NCBI GenBank assembly: GCA_963663275.1
Contig: OY760183.1
Location: 1,984,001 to 2,048,000 of the forward strand
Direction of reading: 5' to 3'
Source: Chloroflexota bacterium
Lineage (GTDB): Bacteria; Chloroflexota; UBA11872; VXOZ01
DNA length: 64,000 bases
Shown here: in pieces, positions 28,861-38,898 of the stretch
How the letters are laid out: every line of letters starts with the position of its first letter
Position numbering within the stretch: position 1 is the stretch's first letter
Notes under the pieces: generated by a model
Databases searched by the model: none
What the model was told of the DNA's origin: nothing
What the model saw: only the letters and a program-made list of their open reading frames with translations
Position numbers and translations under genes: made by a program

Positions 28861-29685
28861 ATGCGAGCTTTGTTTCTCGGCACGGGCGCCGCTGAAGGCT
28901 ATCCGGCGGTATTCTGCGAATGCGCGCACTGTACTGCGGCGCGGGCGCGCGGGGGGCGCAACCTGCGCCGCCGCTCGGCGCTCATGGTGAATGACGACCT
29001 TCTGATAGACATGGGGCCCGACTTTGTAGCCGGCATGCATGGGACCGGCGCAAACTTCGGCCGGGTTGCCACCATGCTGATCACCCACGCCCACGGCGAT
29101 CACTTCTACCTGCCTAATCTCTATATGCGCCGCAGCAACTTCTGCGCCACCACTCCCGCGCACATGGAGGTCTACGGCACCGGCCCGACCGTGGCGGCGA
29201 TTACGTCTGAGGCCAAGGCGCGCGACCTACGCGAAGAGGAATTTCACCTGAGCCTCCACCGCATTCAACCGGGCGACTCCTGGCAGGCCGGGCGCTATCG
29301 GATCACAGCTTTTCCGGCGGCGCACGCGGAAGAACTGGTACCGGTGTTCTTCGCGTTGGAACAGGATGGCCGCACGCTGCTCTACGCAACGGACACCGGC
29401 CCCTTCCCCGATGAGACGTGGCGGCAGTTGCGGGACTTTCGCTTCGACTGCGCCATCATCGAATCGACGCTGGGAATCGGCCCGCCGGGCTCCCAGCATC
29501 TCTCGATGCACCAGTGCGCGGAGCACCACCAACGGCTGGCGGACGAGGGTCTGCTGCGGCCCGGCGCGAGGCGCTACGCCACGCACTTTTCCCATAACCG
29601 CACGCCGCCGTATCAGGAGTGCGTGGAGTTCTTCGCGCCGCACGGCATCGAGCCCGCGTATGATGGCTTGGCGGTCCAGGTCTAG
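28861..29685 (+). CDS. MBL-fold hydrolase, PhnP-like
   Basis: LGTGAAEG.P...CECAHC, THAHGDH, THFSHN, AYDG. Confidence 0.85.
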   Translation: MRALFLGTGAAEGYPAVFCECAHCTAARARGGRNLRRRSALMVNDDLLIDMGPDFVAGMHGTGANFGRVATMLITHAHGDHFYLPNLYMRRSNFCATTPAHMEVYGTGPTVAAITSEAKARDLREEEFHLSLHRIQPGDSWQAGRYRITAFPAAHAEELVPVFFALEQDGRTLLYATDTGPFPDETWRQLRDFRFDCAIIESTLGIGPPGSQHLSMHQCAEHHQRLADEGLLRPGARRYATHFSHNRTPPYQECVEFFAPHGIEPAYDGLAVQV

Positions 29686-29718
29686 GCAGTGTCCGCGACG
29701 TTGGGTGAGGCGAGGGAA

Positions 29719-31089
29719 ATGGGCATATCGCGCCGCAAATTGCTCAAGGCGGCCGGGTCGCTGACCGCTTTGCCGCTGCTGGCGGCTTGCGGCGGCAGCA
29801 TGCCGGATTCTATCCGGCCCGGCGGCGACTCCAACGTGCCGACGGTGCACGTGGTGGCACCGAACATCACGCTCATCTCCGCCACCAACCTGATTCGCGC
29901 CATCGAAGCCTGGAACGACGGCGGCATCGATCCGGACGGTCCGCGCGAGCGCTTCCGCATCTCGCTGCAGATCATCAAGGCGCGTGAAGACGGCGGCCGG
30001 CCGGCCGGCGGCGCGCCGCCGACGTGGACGTACTTTCGCCGGGGCATCGACGCCGAAATTGCCGCCGGGCGTCCGGCGGACGTCGCCATGCTCACCGGCG
30101 GCATCTTCACGCTGCCGGGCATTGCCAGTCCGTTTTTTGGGCCGCTCAATGACTTCACGCAGCGCGACCGGGGCTTCTTGAACGAGTTTCTGCCGCAGGC
30201 GGTGGCGGCGACGACGTTTGGCGGGCGCGTGCAAGCGGTGCCGGTGGTGCTCGGCGCGGGCGTGATGGCCTGGAGCCCCGATCGCTTTGACGATACCGAC
30301 CTGCCGCCTCCGCCGGAATCGTGGACGTGGGACGACCTGGCGGCGCTGGGCCGGCAATTCATGGAGGCGGCCCGGGCGCGCAACAAGCGTGACTGGTGGG
30401 CAATCGGCGAGGGTCTCCACGCCGCCCTGTGGGCGCACCTGATGACACAGTCCGGCGGCGGCGTGCTGGACATGGAGGAGGGGCGGCTGAGCCTGACCGC
30501 GGAGAGCAGCCGGGCGGCGCTCCAACGGTGGCGCGACCTGGCGCACACCCACCGCATCATGCCGACGGGCGCGAACATGTCCTACCACGACATGACGCGC
30601 CTTGTGCCGCGCAGCAATGCCGCGCTCCATCACGCCATGGTCTACTCCGGCGAAAACATCGGCCGCGGCTGGAAGATACAGCATTCGCCGGCTTTCGCCG
30701 GGAACGCGCGAAGCTCGCTCTACGTGATGGACGTAATGGGCATCCACGGCAAGTCGGTGCAGACCGATTTGGCGTACGAGGCTATCAAGGCGCTGGCGCC
30801 TTACGTGGCGCGGCGCTCGATGGCGCCGGCGTGGATCCCGGCCCTGAAGTACGTGGAGAAGCCATCGGGCGAACGCCCGGAACTGGCAATGGTGGAAGAG
30901 CGCGTGCCGGTGGTGATGGAGGCGCTGCGCAACGGGCGGGGCACGATGACTCTGCCCTGGACGGAAATCGGCGCGCTGCTGACGCGAAACATGATCGAGC
31001 CGCTCTACTCCGGCGAACTCGACGTGGCCGCCGCTACCGAGCGGGGAACGCGGGCCGTGGCGAACGCCCTGCCGGGGGTGCTGGTCTAG
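29719..31089 (+). CDS. Extracellular solute-binding lipoprotein (family 1-like), probable Tat substrate
   Basis: SRRKLL signal, LLAAC lipobox, PPESWTWDDL motif. Confidence 0.78.
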   Translation: MGISRRKLLKAAGSLTALPLLAACGGSMPDSIRPGGDSNVPTVHVVAPNITLISATNLIRAIEAWNDGGIDPDGPRERFRISLQIIKAREDGGRPAGGAPPTWTYFRRGIDAEIAAGRPADVAMLTGGIFTLPGIASPFFGPLNDFTQRDRGFLNEFLPQAVAATTFGGRVQAVPVVLGAGVMAWSPDRFDDTDLPPPPESWTWDDLAALGRQFMEAARARNKRDWWAIGEGLHAALWAHLMTQSGGGVLDMEEGRLSLTAESSRAALQRWRDLAHTHRIMPTGANMSYHDMTRLVPRSNAALHHAMVYSGENIGRGWKIQHSPAFAGNARSSLYVMDVMGIHGKSVQTDLAYEAIKALAPYVARRSMAPAWIPALKYVEKPSGERPELAMVEERVPVVMEALRNGRGTMTLPWTEIGALLTRNMIEPLYSGELDVAAATERGTRAVANALPGVLV

Positions 31090-31099
31090 GAGCGGCCGG

Positions 31100-31480
31100 T
31101 CAAGTAACCAGCGGCTCCAGCTTCTGCAGCAGGGCCTCTACCCGCTCGATGCCCTCTTCCACGAACTCATCCGTCTGCCAATTCTCGTAGAAATTCATGT
31201 GCAACGAATTGGCTCTGCCGAAGAGGTCGCGAATCCGAGGATCGTTCGTTTCGTGATAGATTCTATCGATTGCCTCAAAGAGAAACCGGTGCCCGTTGTG
31301 CTGCCACCCGCGCTGCTGAGCCACGGCCTTGACGGCATGAGCGGCCGCGCCCCAGGCTTTCTCCGAGGCTTGCAGCCGGTCGCCCTGGGCAAACTCCGCT
31401 TGCGCCTGGCGCAGGAATTGGCGGCTGATGCGCAGGTGTTCTTCCACTTTGGGGTCTCTGCCGTTTACTTGAGTCGCCAC
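31100..31480 (-). CDS. PaREP1-family (HEPN-like) protein
   Basis: GDRLQASEKAWGAAAHAVKAVA and LHMNFYE motifs. Confidence 0.85.
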   Translation of the reverse strand: MATQVNGRDPKVEEHLRISRQFLRQAQAEFAQGDRLQASEKAWGAAAHAVKAVAQQRGWQHNGHRFLFEAIDRIYHETNDPRIRDLFGRANSLHMNFYENWQTDEFVEEGIERVEALLQKLEPLVT

Positions 31481-31556
31481 AATGCGCCTCGCATTCCGCT
31501 GCTGCCTTGCCAGTCGTAGGTGGACTTTCCTTGTTCCATTCTACTCCACTTGCTCT

Positions 31557-32036
31557 TCAGTCGTTCCAGCCAGCCGGGCGCGTGCCGTCGGCGACTGCCG
31601 CCAGACGCTCCAGGTAGCGTTCCCAGCCTTCCGCGTGGATGTCGCGCTCCATGGCCGGCGCGGCGGCGAAACCGGTTTGCCGCAGGCATAGCGCGGTCTC
31701 ATTGCCGGCGCGCTCGAGCGTGAAGCGCACGTGGAGCGGCGGGAACGTCCAGTCCGGATGATGCCAGGTGAAGCCAAAGCGGGAGTCCGCGGCAAATTCG
31801 GTTACTTCACCGAAAAACACGCTCACCGAACCGTTGTCGTTGAAGAAGACGAATTCCACCGCGCCTCCCGCGCGAGGCTCGATACCGGAAACCTGCGCAA
31901 ACCAGAGGGCAATGCGGTCGGGGTCGGTGAGCAGCCGGAAGACGCGCGCCGGCGGAGCCGCGATGCGCAGCGAGATTTCAAGCGCGTCCGCCGGAGCGTC
32001 TTCCGCGGCGGCGCCGTTGGCGGTGGTTTCTTGCAT
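31557..32036 (-). CDS. SRPBCC/AHSA1-domain protein
   Basis: IAAPPARVFRLLTDP...WF, FGFTW, HAEGWERYLERL. Confidence 0.88.
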   Translation of the reverse strand: MQETTANGAAAEDAPADALEISLRIAAPPARVFRLLTDPDRIALWFAQVSGIEPRAGGAVEFVFFNDNGSVSVFFGEVTEFAADSRFGFTWHHPDWTFPPLHVRFTLERAGNETALCLRQTGFAAAPAMERDIHAEGWERYLERLAAVADGTRPAGWND

Positions 32037-32046
32037 GACCGTGCCT

Positions 32047-32222
32047 ATTGGCAATCCAGCCCCCACCGGAGAGTATACCGCGCCGCCGCCATAGTTGTGT
32101 TTCTGGCGCGCAGGACGAGCGGTAGGAGCGGTTCGCGAATCGACCCTACCAATGGAAATCTAGCCCCCATCGGAGAGTATACCGCGCCGCCGCCATAGAT
32201 ATGTGGCCGGCGCGAGGGACGA
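32047..32222. repeat. Two imperfect direct repeats of about 72 bp (104-bp period), each containing TATACT on the minus strand, separated by a REP-like hairpin
   Basis: Shared core CGGAGAGTATACCGCGCCGCCGCCATAG. Confidence 0.8.
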
Positions 32223-32276
32223 ACCGCCCCAACGGGAACGGCGGCTTTGCGGCAAGGAGTTTAAAGGCGGCGCCGT

Positions 32277-33431
32277 CTATTCGTACACCGTTTCGCCGGT
32301 CTTATTGGCATTGATGAAGTCCCAATCGAGTTCCACGCCCAGGCCGGGGCCCTCCGGCACCGCCACGCAGCCCTCGGCGTCCACCGAGTAGAGTTCGTCG
32401 CGCCACTTCGGATCGGCGTAGACCGGCGCTTTGGTGTGCTTCACGTTGGGGTGCACCAGGCCGAGTTCGTAGTAATTGGTATTGCGGATTGCGGCCATGC
32501 AGTGCCGGTGCGCCAGGCCGCCGCCGTGCAGTTCCACGTCCAGCCCGTAGGCTTCCGCCAGCACCGCCAGTTTCATCACGCCGGTGATGCCGCCGTCCCG
32601 CCCGCTGCCCGCGCGCAGGTAGTCAACCGCGCCGGCATGGATGGCGTCGGCTTTGGTCTCCAAACCGCGAATGTGCTCGCCCATCAGCAACGGCGTCTTG
32701 ATGAACTGCCGCATCTTGGCGTGCACGAACTGGGAAACGCCGCCACCGCGAAAGGCGTCCTCGTACCAGAAGTATTGTGCCTCATCGCAGGCGCGCCCGA
32801 CTTTCAACACGTCGTCGAAGGTGCCGAACGCCCCAGCGGGATCGAGCATGATGTCCATGTCGTCGCCCACGGCGTCGCGGATCGCCAGCACCGCCGCCAC
32901 CTCGCGTGCAATCGGCGCGCCGATCCAGCCGTGGATCTTGAACGCCGGATAGCCGTATTCTTCTTTGCACCGCAGGGCAAACTCGCCGTAGTCTTCCGGC
33001 GTGCTCAGGCCGCCGTTTTCGTCGCCGTGATACGTGCTGGCGTAACAGGGCAGGCGGGTGCGCCAGCCGCCGAGCAGCGCCGATATGGGCACACCGGCCA
33101 GCTTGCCGGCAATGTCCCACAGGGCCACGTCGTGGTCGCCGGGCGGCGTGGAGGTGCTGCCGCGAAAGAGCCGCTTGAGGTCTTGCCAGATTATCTCGCG
33201 TTCCAGCGGGTTGCGCCCCAGCAGATAGTTGGCGGTGCGGGCGTCGATGCCACCGGGCGCCTCACTGCGCACGCCCGCGTCGGTCTCGATCTGCAAGATG
33301 CTCCCGCCGCCGCCCAAGCGCGCGCCCCCCTGGTAGACCATGTCGAAACCGTAGGCGTCCTCCAGCGTAAGGTTCTCGATCTCGTGCGCGTAGTGTGTGA
33401 CCACAATGCGCGTAATCTTCGGCGCTGCCAT
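32277..33431 (-). CDS. Mandelate racemase/muconate lactonizing enzyme (enolase superfamily)
   Basis: DVALWDIAGK...P..ALLGG, AFKIH, MLD, WYED, GE, YYE. Confidence 0.9.
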   Translation of the reverse strand: MAAPKITRIVVTHYAHEIENLTLEDAYGFDMVYQGGARLGGGGSILQIETDAGVRSEAPGGIDARTANYLLGRNPLEREIIWQDLKRLFRGSTSTPPGDHDVALWDIAGKLAGVPISALLGGWRTRLPCYASTYHGDENGGLSTPEDYGEFALRCKEEYGYPAFKIHGWIGAPIAREVAAVLAIRDAVGDDMDIMLDPAGAFGTFDDVLKVGRACDEAQYFWYEDAFRGGGVSQFVHAKMRQFIKTPLLMGEHIRGLETKADAIHAGAVDYLRAGSGRDGGITGVMKLAVLAEAYGLDVELHGGGLAHRHCMAAIRNTNYYELGLVHPNVKHTKAPVYADPKWRDELYSVDAEGCVAVPEGPGLGVELDWDFINANKTGETVYE

Positions 33432-33813
33432 GCTCTTTTGCTCCTTGATGCTCCACGTGATTGCCGCGTTCGCTAGTTAGAGTACCATCTTGCGCGGCGG
33501 TCTTTGTACTGTGAGATGCAATCTCCCCCTCACCCCGGCCCTCTCCCCAGGGAGAGGGAGCTTTTCCAGATAGACGGTATCTCCCCGGGGAGAGGCGGTC
33601 TATCCAGAGAGAGGGATTCTTCCGGCTGGCTGACTAAGACTTCGATACAGTCTCGCCGGGAGGCCGGAGCGAGCATCTTCTCCGGTAGCGCAGGTTACAA
33701 GACTGCGCCCGCGCGCCGCGCGGCAGTGACCGGTTTCTGTGCTACAATGAGCCTAATTGACCGGTAGATTCACGCAATACGAACACATCTGACATGCGGA
33801 GGCGTGGGAGAAC

Positions 33814-36411
33814 ATGAGCCAAGCGGAGGAGCCGACGACGAGTGCGGTAGAAACCCCGGCGGACGCTCCGGCGGAAGGAGCACCAGCGGAATCCCCGGCG
33901 GCAGCCGCCCCAGTTGATGCCCCGGCGGACGAAACCCAGGCGGAAGCAAGAGCCGTGTCGGAAGAGTACAAGCCGCAGGAATTCGAGCAGGACTGGCAGG
34001 CGCGCTGGCGCGATACGAACCTCTACAAGACCGCAGAAACCGAGGACAGCCGCAAGACGTTCTACTGCCTCGACTTCTTTCCCTATCCTTCGGGTGACGG
34101 CATTTCCGTCGGCCACTGCCATAACTATATCCCCACGGACGTTATTTCCCGTCACATGCGCATGAAGGGGTTCAACGTGCTGCACCCCATGGGCTGGGAC
34201 GCGTTCGGCCTGCCGGCGGAGAACCGCGCCCGCGACACGGGCATCGCGCCCCGGCTGACCGTGGACCAGAACACCGCCAATTACAAGCGCCAACTCGACC
34301 TCATCGGTTGCTCGTTCGACTGGGACCGCGAGATCGACTCCAGCGCGCCGGAATACTACAAGTTCACGCAGTGGCTCTTCCTGTTGATCCACCGCCGGGG
34401 CTTGGCGTATAAGGCCAAGGGCCAACAGTGGTGGTGCCCCTCGTGCCAGACTATCCTGGCGAATGAGCAGGTCCACGACGGCCGCTGCTGGCGCTGCGAT
34501 TCCCTGGTGGAGAAGAAGAGCCTGGAGCAGTGGTATTTCAAGATCACGGACTACGCCGACCGCTTGCTCAATGACTTGGAGAAAATCGACTGGCCGGAAT
34601 CCACCAAGGAGATGCAGCGCAACTGGATTGGGCGCAGCGAGGGCACGGAGGCGGTCTTTCTGACGGAATTCGGCGATGAACTGCGCGTCTTCACTACCCG
34701 CGCGGATACGCTCTTTGGCGCGACCTTCATGGTGCTGGCGCCGGAGCACGAACTGGTGGACAAGCTCACGAAGCCGGAGCAAAAAGAGGCCGTGGACCGC
34801 TACGTGGCCGCCGCCGCGCGCACCGCGGAGACCGAACGCCAGTCTACCGAGCGCGAGAAGACCGGCGTCTTCACCGGCTCCTACGCCGTCAATCCGGTAA
34901 ACGATGAGCACATTCCCATCTGGATCGCCGACTACGTGCTGGTGACCTACGGCACCGGCGCGATCATGGCCGTGCCGGCGCACGATCAGCGCGACTTCGA
35001 GTTTGCGCAGAAGTTCGGCCTGGACGTGCGCGTGGTGGTGCAACCGCCGGACAGCGTGGACTGGGCCGTTGCCGACGCTTATGAAGGCGAGGGCGCGCTG
35101 GTCAATTCCGGACAATTCGACGGTGAAACATCTCCCATAGGTGGGACAAAAATAACGGAGTGGCTGAACGAGCGTGAGTTGGGCGGCGCGAAGGTGCAGT
35201 ACCGCATGAGGGACTGGCTGATTTCGCGCCAGCGCTACTGGGGCGCGCCGATTCCGATGGTGAAGTGCCCCAAGTGCGGCTGGGTGGAGATGCCGACGCC
35301 GCAACTGCCGGTGCTGCTGCCCGAAATCGATGATTTCGAGCCGACCGGCGACGGACGCTCGCCGCTGGCCAAGGTGGGCTCGTTCATGGCCACCACGTGC
35401 CCGGACTGCGGCGGCCCCGCCGAACGCGAGACGGACACCATGGACACCTTCGCGTGCTCCTCGTGGTACTTCCTGCGCTTTGCCGACCCCCACAACGACG
35501 AGTTGCCGTTCGGCCTCGATAAGGCGCGCCACTGGCTGCCGGTTGACCTCTACGTCGGCGGCGCGGAACACGCCACCATGCACCTGATATATGCGCGTTT
35601 CTGGACCAAGGTCATCAAGGACGCCATGCTCATCGACTTCAACGAGCCGTTTACGAAACTGCGGCATCAGGGCGTCGTCCTGGCCCCGGACGGGGTCAGA
35701 ATGTCAAAGAGTCGCGGCAACGTCATCGGCCCGGATGAGATGGTGGATTTGTACGGCGTTGACGCGCTGCGTGTGTATGAACTCTTCATGGGCCCATTCG
35801 ACCAAGACATCAGCTGGAGCACCGAGGGTATTCCCGGCGCGCGCCGCTGGCTGGTGCGCGTTTGGAACATGCTGCTGGGCCGTATCGAGCAAGGCAGCGA
35901 GCCGCTGCCCGTGGAGAAGGCCGAGCCGGAACTGGCGCGCTGGATAAACCGCGTGGTCAAACGCGCCGGCGAGGACATCGACGCGCACAAGTTCAACACC
36001 ATGATCGCCTACTTCATGGAGTTCACCAACTGGCTCTACAAGGTCTACACGCTGGAGTTGGCGGCTACGGATTCCTGGAAGCGGTCCATGGAGCGGTTCC
36101 TCCTGGTTCTCGCGCCGGTTGCCCCTCACCTGGCCGAAGAGATCTGGGAACGCTGGGGGCACGAGTACTCGGTGCACCAGCAGGAGTGGCCGGAATACGA
36201 CGAGGCGCTCATCGAGGAAGAGACCTTCACGCTGGTCGTGCAGGTGAACGGCCGGGTGCGCGACACCATCGAGGCCAGTGTCTCGCTGGATGAAGACGGC
36301 GCCCGCGCGCTGGCGCTGGAGAGCGAGCGCGTGCGGCAGTTCCTGGACGGACAGGAAGTCAAGCTGGTGAAGTATGTGCCCGGACGCCTGATCAACATAG
36401 TGGTTGGCTGA
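33814..36411 (+). CDS. leuS: Leucine--tRNA ligase
   Basis: FFPYPSG, MGWDAFGLPAEN, MQRNWIGRS, DWLISRQRYWG, RMSKS, QVNGRVR. Alternative GTG start at 33955. Confidence 0.97.
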   Translation: MSQAEEPTTSAVETPADAPAEGAPAESPAAAAPVDAPADETQAEARAVSEEYKPQEFEQDWQARWRDTNLYKTAETEDSRKTFYCLDFFPYPSGDGISVGHCHNYIPTDVISRHMRMKGFNVLHPMGWDAFGLPAENRARDTGIAPRLTVDQNTANYKRQLDLIGCSFDWDREIDSSAPEYYKFTQWLFLLIHRRGLAYKAKGQQWWCPSCQTILANEQVHDGRCWRCDSLVEKKSLEQWYFKITDYADRLLNDLEKIDWPESTKEMQRNWIGRSEGTEAVFLTEFGDELRVFTTRADTLFGATFMVLAPEHELVDKLTKPEQKEAVDRYVAAAARTAETERQSTEREKTGVFTGSYAVNPVNDEHIPIWIADYVLVTYGTGAIMAVPAHDQRDFEFAQKFGLDVRVVVQPPDSVDWAVADAYEGEGALVNSGQFDGETSPIGGTKITEWLNERELGGAKVQYRMRDWLISRQRYWGAPIPMVKCPKCGWVEMPTPQLPVLLPEIDDFEPTGDGRSPLAKVGSFMATTCPDCGGPAERETDTMDTFACSSWYFLRFADPHNDELPFGLDKARHWLPVDLYVGGAEHATMHLIYARFWTKVIKDAMLIDFNEPFTKLRHQGVVLAPDGVRMSKSRGNVIGPDEMVDLYGVDALRVYELFMGPFDQDISWSTEGIPGARRWLVRVWNMLLGRIEQGSEPLPVEKAEPELARWINRVVKRAGEDIDAHKFNTMIAYFMEFTNWLYKVYTLELAATDSWKRSMERFLLVLAPVAPHLAEEIWERWGHEYSVHQQEWPEYDEALIEEETFTLVVQVNGRVRDTIEASVSLDEDGARALALESERVRQFLDGQEVKLVKYVPGRLINIVVG

Positions 36412-36491
36412 CGCGCTGGCGCGATGGGCAAGGTGGTTGGCGCGGCGCGTACGAAATCTCAGGCGGATTCGAGTCCAAAGGGAGCGTAGCG

Positions 36492-37064
36492 ATGCGAAGA
36501 CGACGATTGCTCTACGGCATGGCTGCCGGCGCCGCGGCGGTTGGCCTCAGCGCGTGTGACCTTTCGTGGCTCACGGAACGGAGCACCGGCGATGAGGCTC
36601 TCGCCATTACAAGCCTTCCCGTGCTCGGCAAAGCGCCAGAGATTTCTTCAATGACCTGGATCAACTCGAAACCGCTGACGCTGGCGGGCTTTCAGGGGAA
36701 GTCCGCCGTTGGGATTGCCTTCTGGACTTACGGCTGAATTAATTGCCGCAACGACATCCCCAGTTTGGTGGATATCCATGAGAGATACGCGGACAGGCGC
36801 TTTACGCTGCTCAGCATCCACACGCCCGAATTCGTCCACGAAAAGCAAGTGGAGAACGTGCGCAACGCCGTGGAGCGGCTGGGTGTGCCCTATCCGGTCG
36901 CCATAGACAACGACTTCAAGGTGTGGCGGGCGTTTGGCAACCGCGCCTGGCCGACGCTCTACCTGGTGGACCGCCGCGGCGACGTGCGCCTGGCAAAGGT
37001 CGGCGAAGGCCGTTTCGACGTGGTGCGCCAGGCCATCCAGTACCTGAAGCGGGATGACGCCTAG
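36492..37064 (+). CDS. TlpA/DipZ-like thioredoxin-fold lipoprotein, probable selenoprotein (UGA at 36735-36737, motif FWTYG-U-IN-C)
   Basis: ORFs 36492-36737 and 36765-37064 are in the same frame. The joined sequence has FWTYG*INC, IHTPEF, YPVAIDND and NRAWPTLYLVD. Confidence 0.85.
36753..36776 (+). promoter_or_regulatory. Candidate bacterial SECIS hairpin
   Basis: GACATCCCCA-GTT-TGGTGGATATC, a stem with a bulged U; the apical G follows 25 nt after the UGA. Confidence 0.6.
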
Positions 37065-37094
37065 CCGGGCGCGCTCGCGGCGCGGCTGCCTGGA

Positions 37095-38489
37095 CTAGCG
37101 CGCGCCGGGGATGGCCCCTTCTTGCTTCAGCAGGTCGATGGTGCGGTCGAAAGCGGCCGCGGCTGCGCGCACGTCATCCTCAGTGTGCGCGGTGGAGAGC
37201 ATGCCGCCGTCGCCCATGAGGTCTACGCCGTTGACTTGCAAGCCCCGTTTCATCTTGCCGTAGAGCGCCGCGTCGGCGTCCCGCATGGCGAGGAAGGGCT
37301 TTGCGCCGGCGCCGCCGTAATCCGCAAGGTTCATCTTCTCGTGTGGATTGTGCGGGTTGAAGAGCAGGATGTGGAACATAGAGTACGTGCCGTAGACGCA
37401 GCCGGTTAGGCCGTGGGCGTCCATGACCTGGTTGAATTCGTCGCGCAGCATGGCCGCCAGGTCGTTCACGTGGCGGGCGGGCCAGCCCTCGGCGACGATG
37501 CTCAAGGCGGTTGTGCCGGCGGAGGCCGAGAGCGGGTTGGCGTTGAAAGTGCCCTGGTGGCGAATCTTCTTGCGGGCGTTCCACTCCGGCTCGTCGCGGT
37601 ATTCCAGGTGGGCCAGAATGTCGGCGCGCCCGGCCACCGCGCCGCCAGGCAGGCCGCCGGCCAGGACTTTTGCCAGGCTGGTTAGGTCGGGGATGACGCC
37701 GGTGGCCGCTTGCGCCCCGCCCGGCGCGCAGCGAAAGCCGGTGATAACCTCGTCCATGATGAGCAGTACGCCGTAGTCCAGCGTGATCTTGCGCACGGCC
37801 GCCAGGAAGTCTGGATCGAGGGGGTACGAGGAGTATCCCGCGCCGGTGGGTTCCAAGATGACGGCGGCAATGTCCGGATCATTCCGCAAGACGGCTTCCA
37901 GCCGCTCGACGTCATGCACCGGCAGCACGCGCATCGAGTCGGCGGTACCGGCCGGGACCCCGGCGGGCGGCGGCGCGGGCGGCTCGTCCACCACCACGTA
38001 GTCGTGCCAGCCGTGGAAGTGGTGCTCGAACTTGACGGTCGTGCTCTTGCCGGTAAACGCGCGCGCCAGCCGCAAGCACATCATGGTAGCCTCGGTGCCG
38101 GAGGCGGTAAAGCGCACGCGCTCGGCTGCCGGCACCAGCCGCTGCACCCAGCGACCCCACTCGACTTCGCGTTCGTGCGCCGCGCCGTAGTGGGTGCCGT
38201 GCCGCATCTGCTCACTGACGGCCGCGACGACGGCGGGATGGCCGTGCCCCAGCAGCAACGCGCCGTGTCCCACGAGAAAGTCGATGAAGCGGTTGCCGTC
38301 GAAGTCCCACTTGTGCGCGCCCTGCGCCCGCTCGATGTAAAGCGGGAAGGGCTTCTGGGCGCGGCTGTCGTGGGTCGCGCCATTGGGAAAGATGCCGACG
38401 GCTTCCTGGAAGCGCGCGGCGGAACCGGCGAATTGCCGCGTGAATTGTTCATCGAGCGTCAGCTTGGTAGACTCGACCGTCGTGCTCAT
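37095..38489 (-). CDS. Class III aminotransferase (glutamate-1-semialdehyde aminomutase-like)
   Basis: RFTASGTEA, HFHGWHD, MDEVITGFR, LAKVLAGGLPGGAV, GTFNANP. Confidence 0.9.
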   Translation of the reverse strand: MSTTVESTKLTLDEQFTRQFAGSAARFQEAVGIFPNGATHDSRAQKPFPLYIERAQGAHKWDFDGNRFIDFLVGHGALLLGHGHPAVVAAVSEQMRHGTHYGAAHEREVEWGRWVQRLVPAAERVRFTASGTEATMMCLRLARAFTGKSTTVKFEHHFHGWHDYVVVDEPPAPPPAGVPAGTADSMRVLPVHDVERLEAVLRNDPDIAAVILEPTGAGYSSYPLDPDFLAAVRKITLDYGVLLIMDEVITGFRCAPGGAQAATGVIPDLTSLAKVLAGGLPGGAVAGRADILAHLEYRDEPEWNARKKIRHQGTFNANPLSASAGTTALSIVAEGWPARHVNDLAAMLRDEFNQVMDAHGLTGCVYGTYSMFHILLFNPHNPHEKMNLADYGGAGAKPFLAMRDADAALYGKMKRGLQVNGVDLMGDGGMLSTAHTEDDVRAAAAAFDRTIDLLKQEGAIPGAR

Positions 38490-38617
38490 CGCGCCCTCCC
38501 TGGGATACAGAAGCTACACGTTCTATTGTAGCGAAAGTGCGCCGTGTGCGTGCGTACGTCCACGAGGTGATGCCAAAGAACGTCGTGTGACGTGGCGTTT
38601 CCATCCCTTGCCAAGAG

Positions 38618-38683
38618 GCGGGGGACAAGCCCCCGCGCTACGTCAATGTGCCAAGAGACGGGGGACAAGCCCCCGCGCTACGT
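38618..38683. repeat. Two tandem family B REPs (GGGGACAAGCCCCCGCGCTACG)
   Basis: Same motif at about 11657, 11803, 23698, 55475 and 61895-61995. Confidence 0.8.
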
Positions 38684-38781
38684 AGACGTGGCAAGAAGCG
38701 GGGGACGTGCCACAATGCCGTTGCACTATATTCTGGCTTAGGCAGTCACGGCGAAGCGGCGCTGTTAATGCGCTTGACCTG

Positions 38782-38835
38782 TTGTCAATCCGGTGTAGGG
38801 GCACGACATGTCGTGCCCCTACACCGGATTGACAA
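38782..38835. repeat. 54-bp perfect palindrome (REP family G core TGTAGGGGCACGACATGTCGTGCCCCTACA)
   Basis: Self-complementary over 54 bp. Core repeated at about 46716-46748. Confidence 0.9.
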
Positions 38836-38898
38836 GCCGTGTAGAGGTCAATACTCTTGACTCTCCACTCTTCAGCACTGGGGTGAGGGGAAATCCCT

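Noticed and set aside
33480-33813. T-box leader for leuS
   Set aside because: No T-box consensus (GGTGGNACCGCG); the region contains REPs and a -10 (TACAAT) close to the start.
33742-35667. 641-aa antisense ORF, and similar long antisense ORFs over ftsZ, the SBP gene, the aminotransferases and the Cache genes
   Set aside because: These are shadow ORFs expected from high-GC codon bias opposite real genes, with no recognisable motifs.
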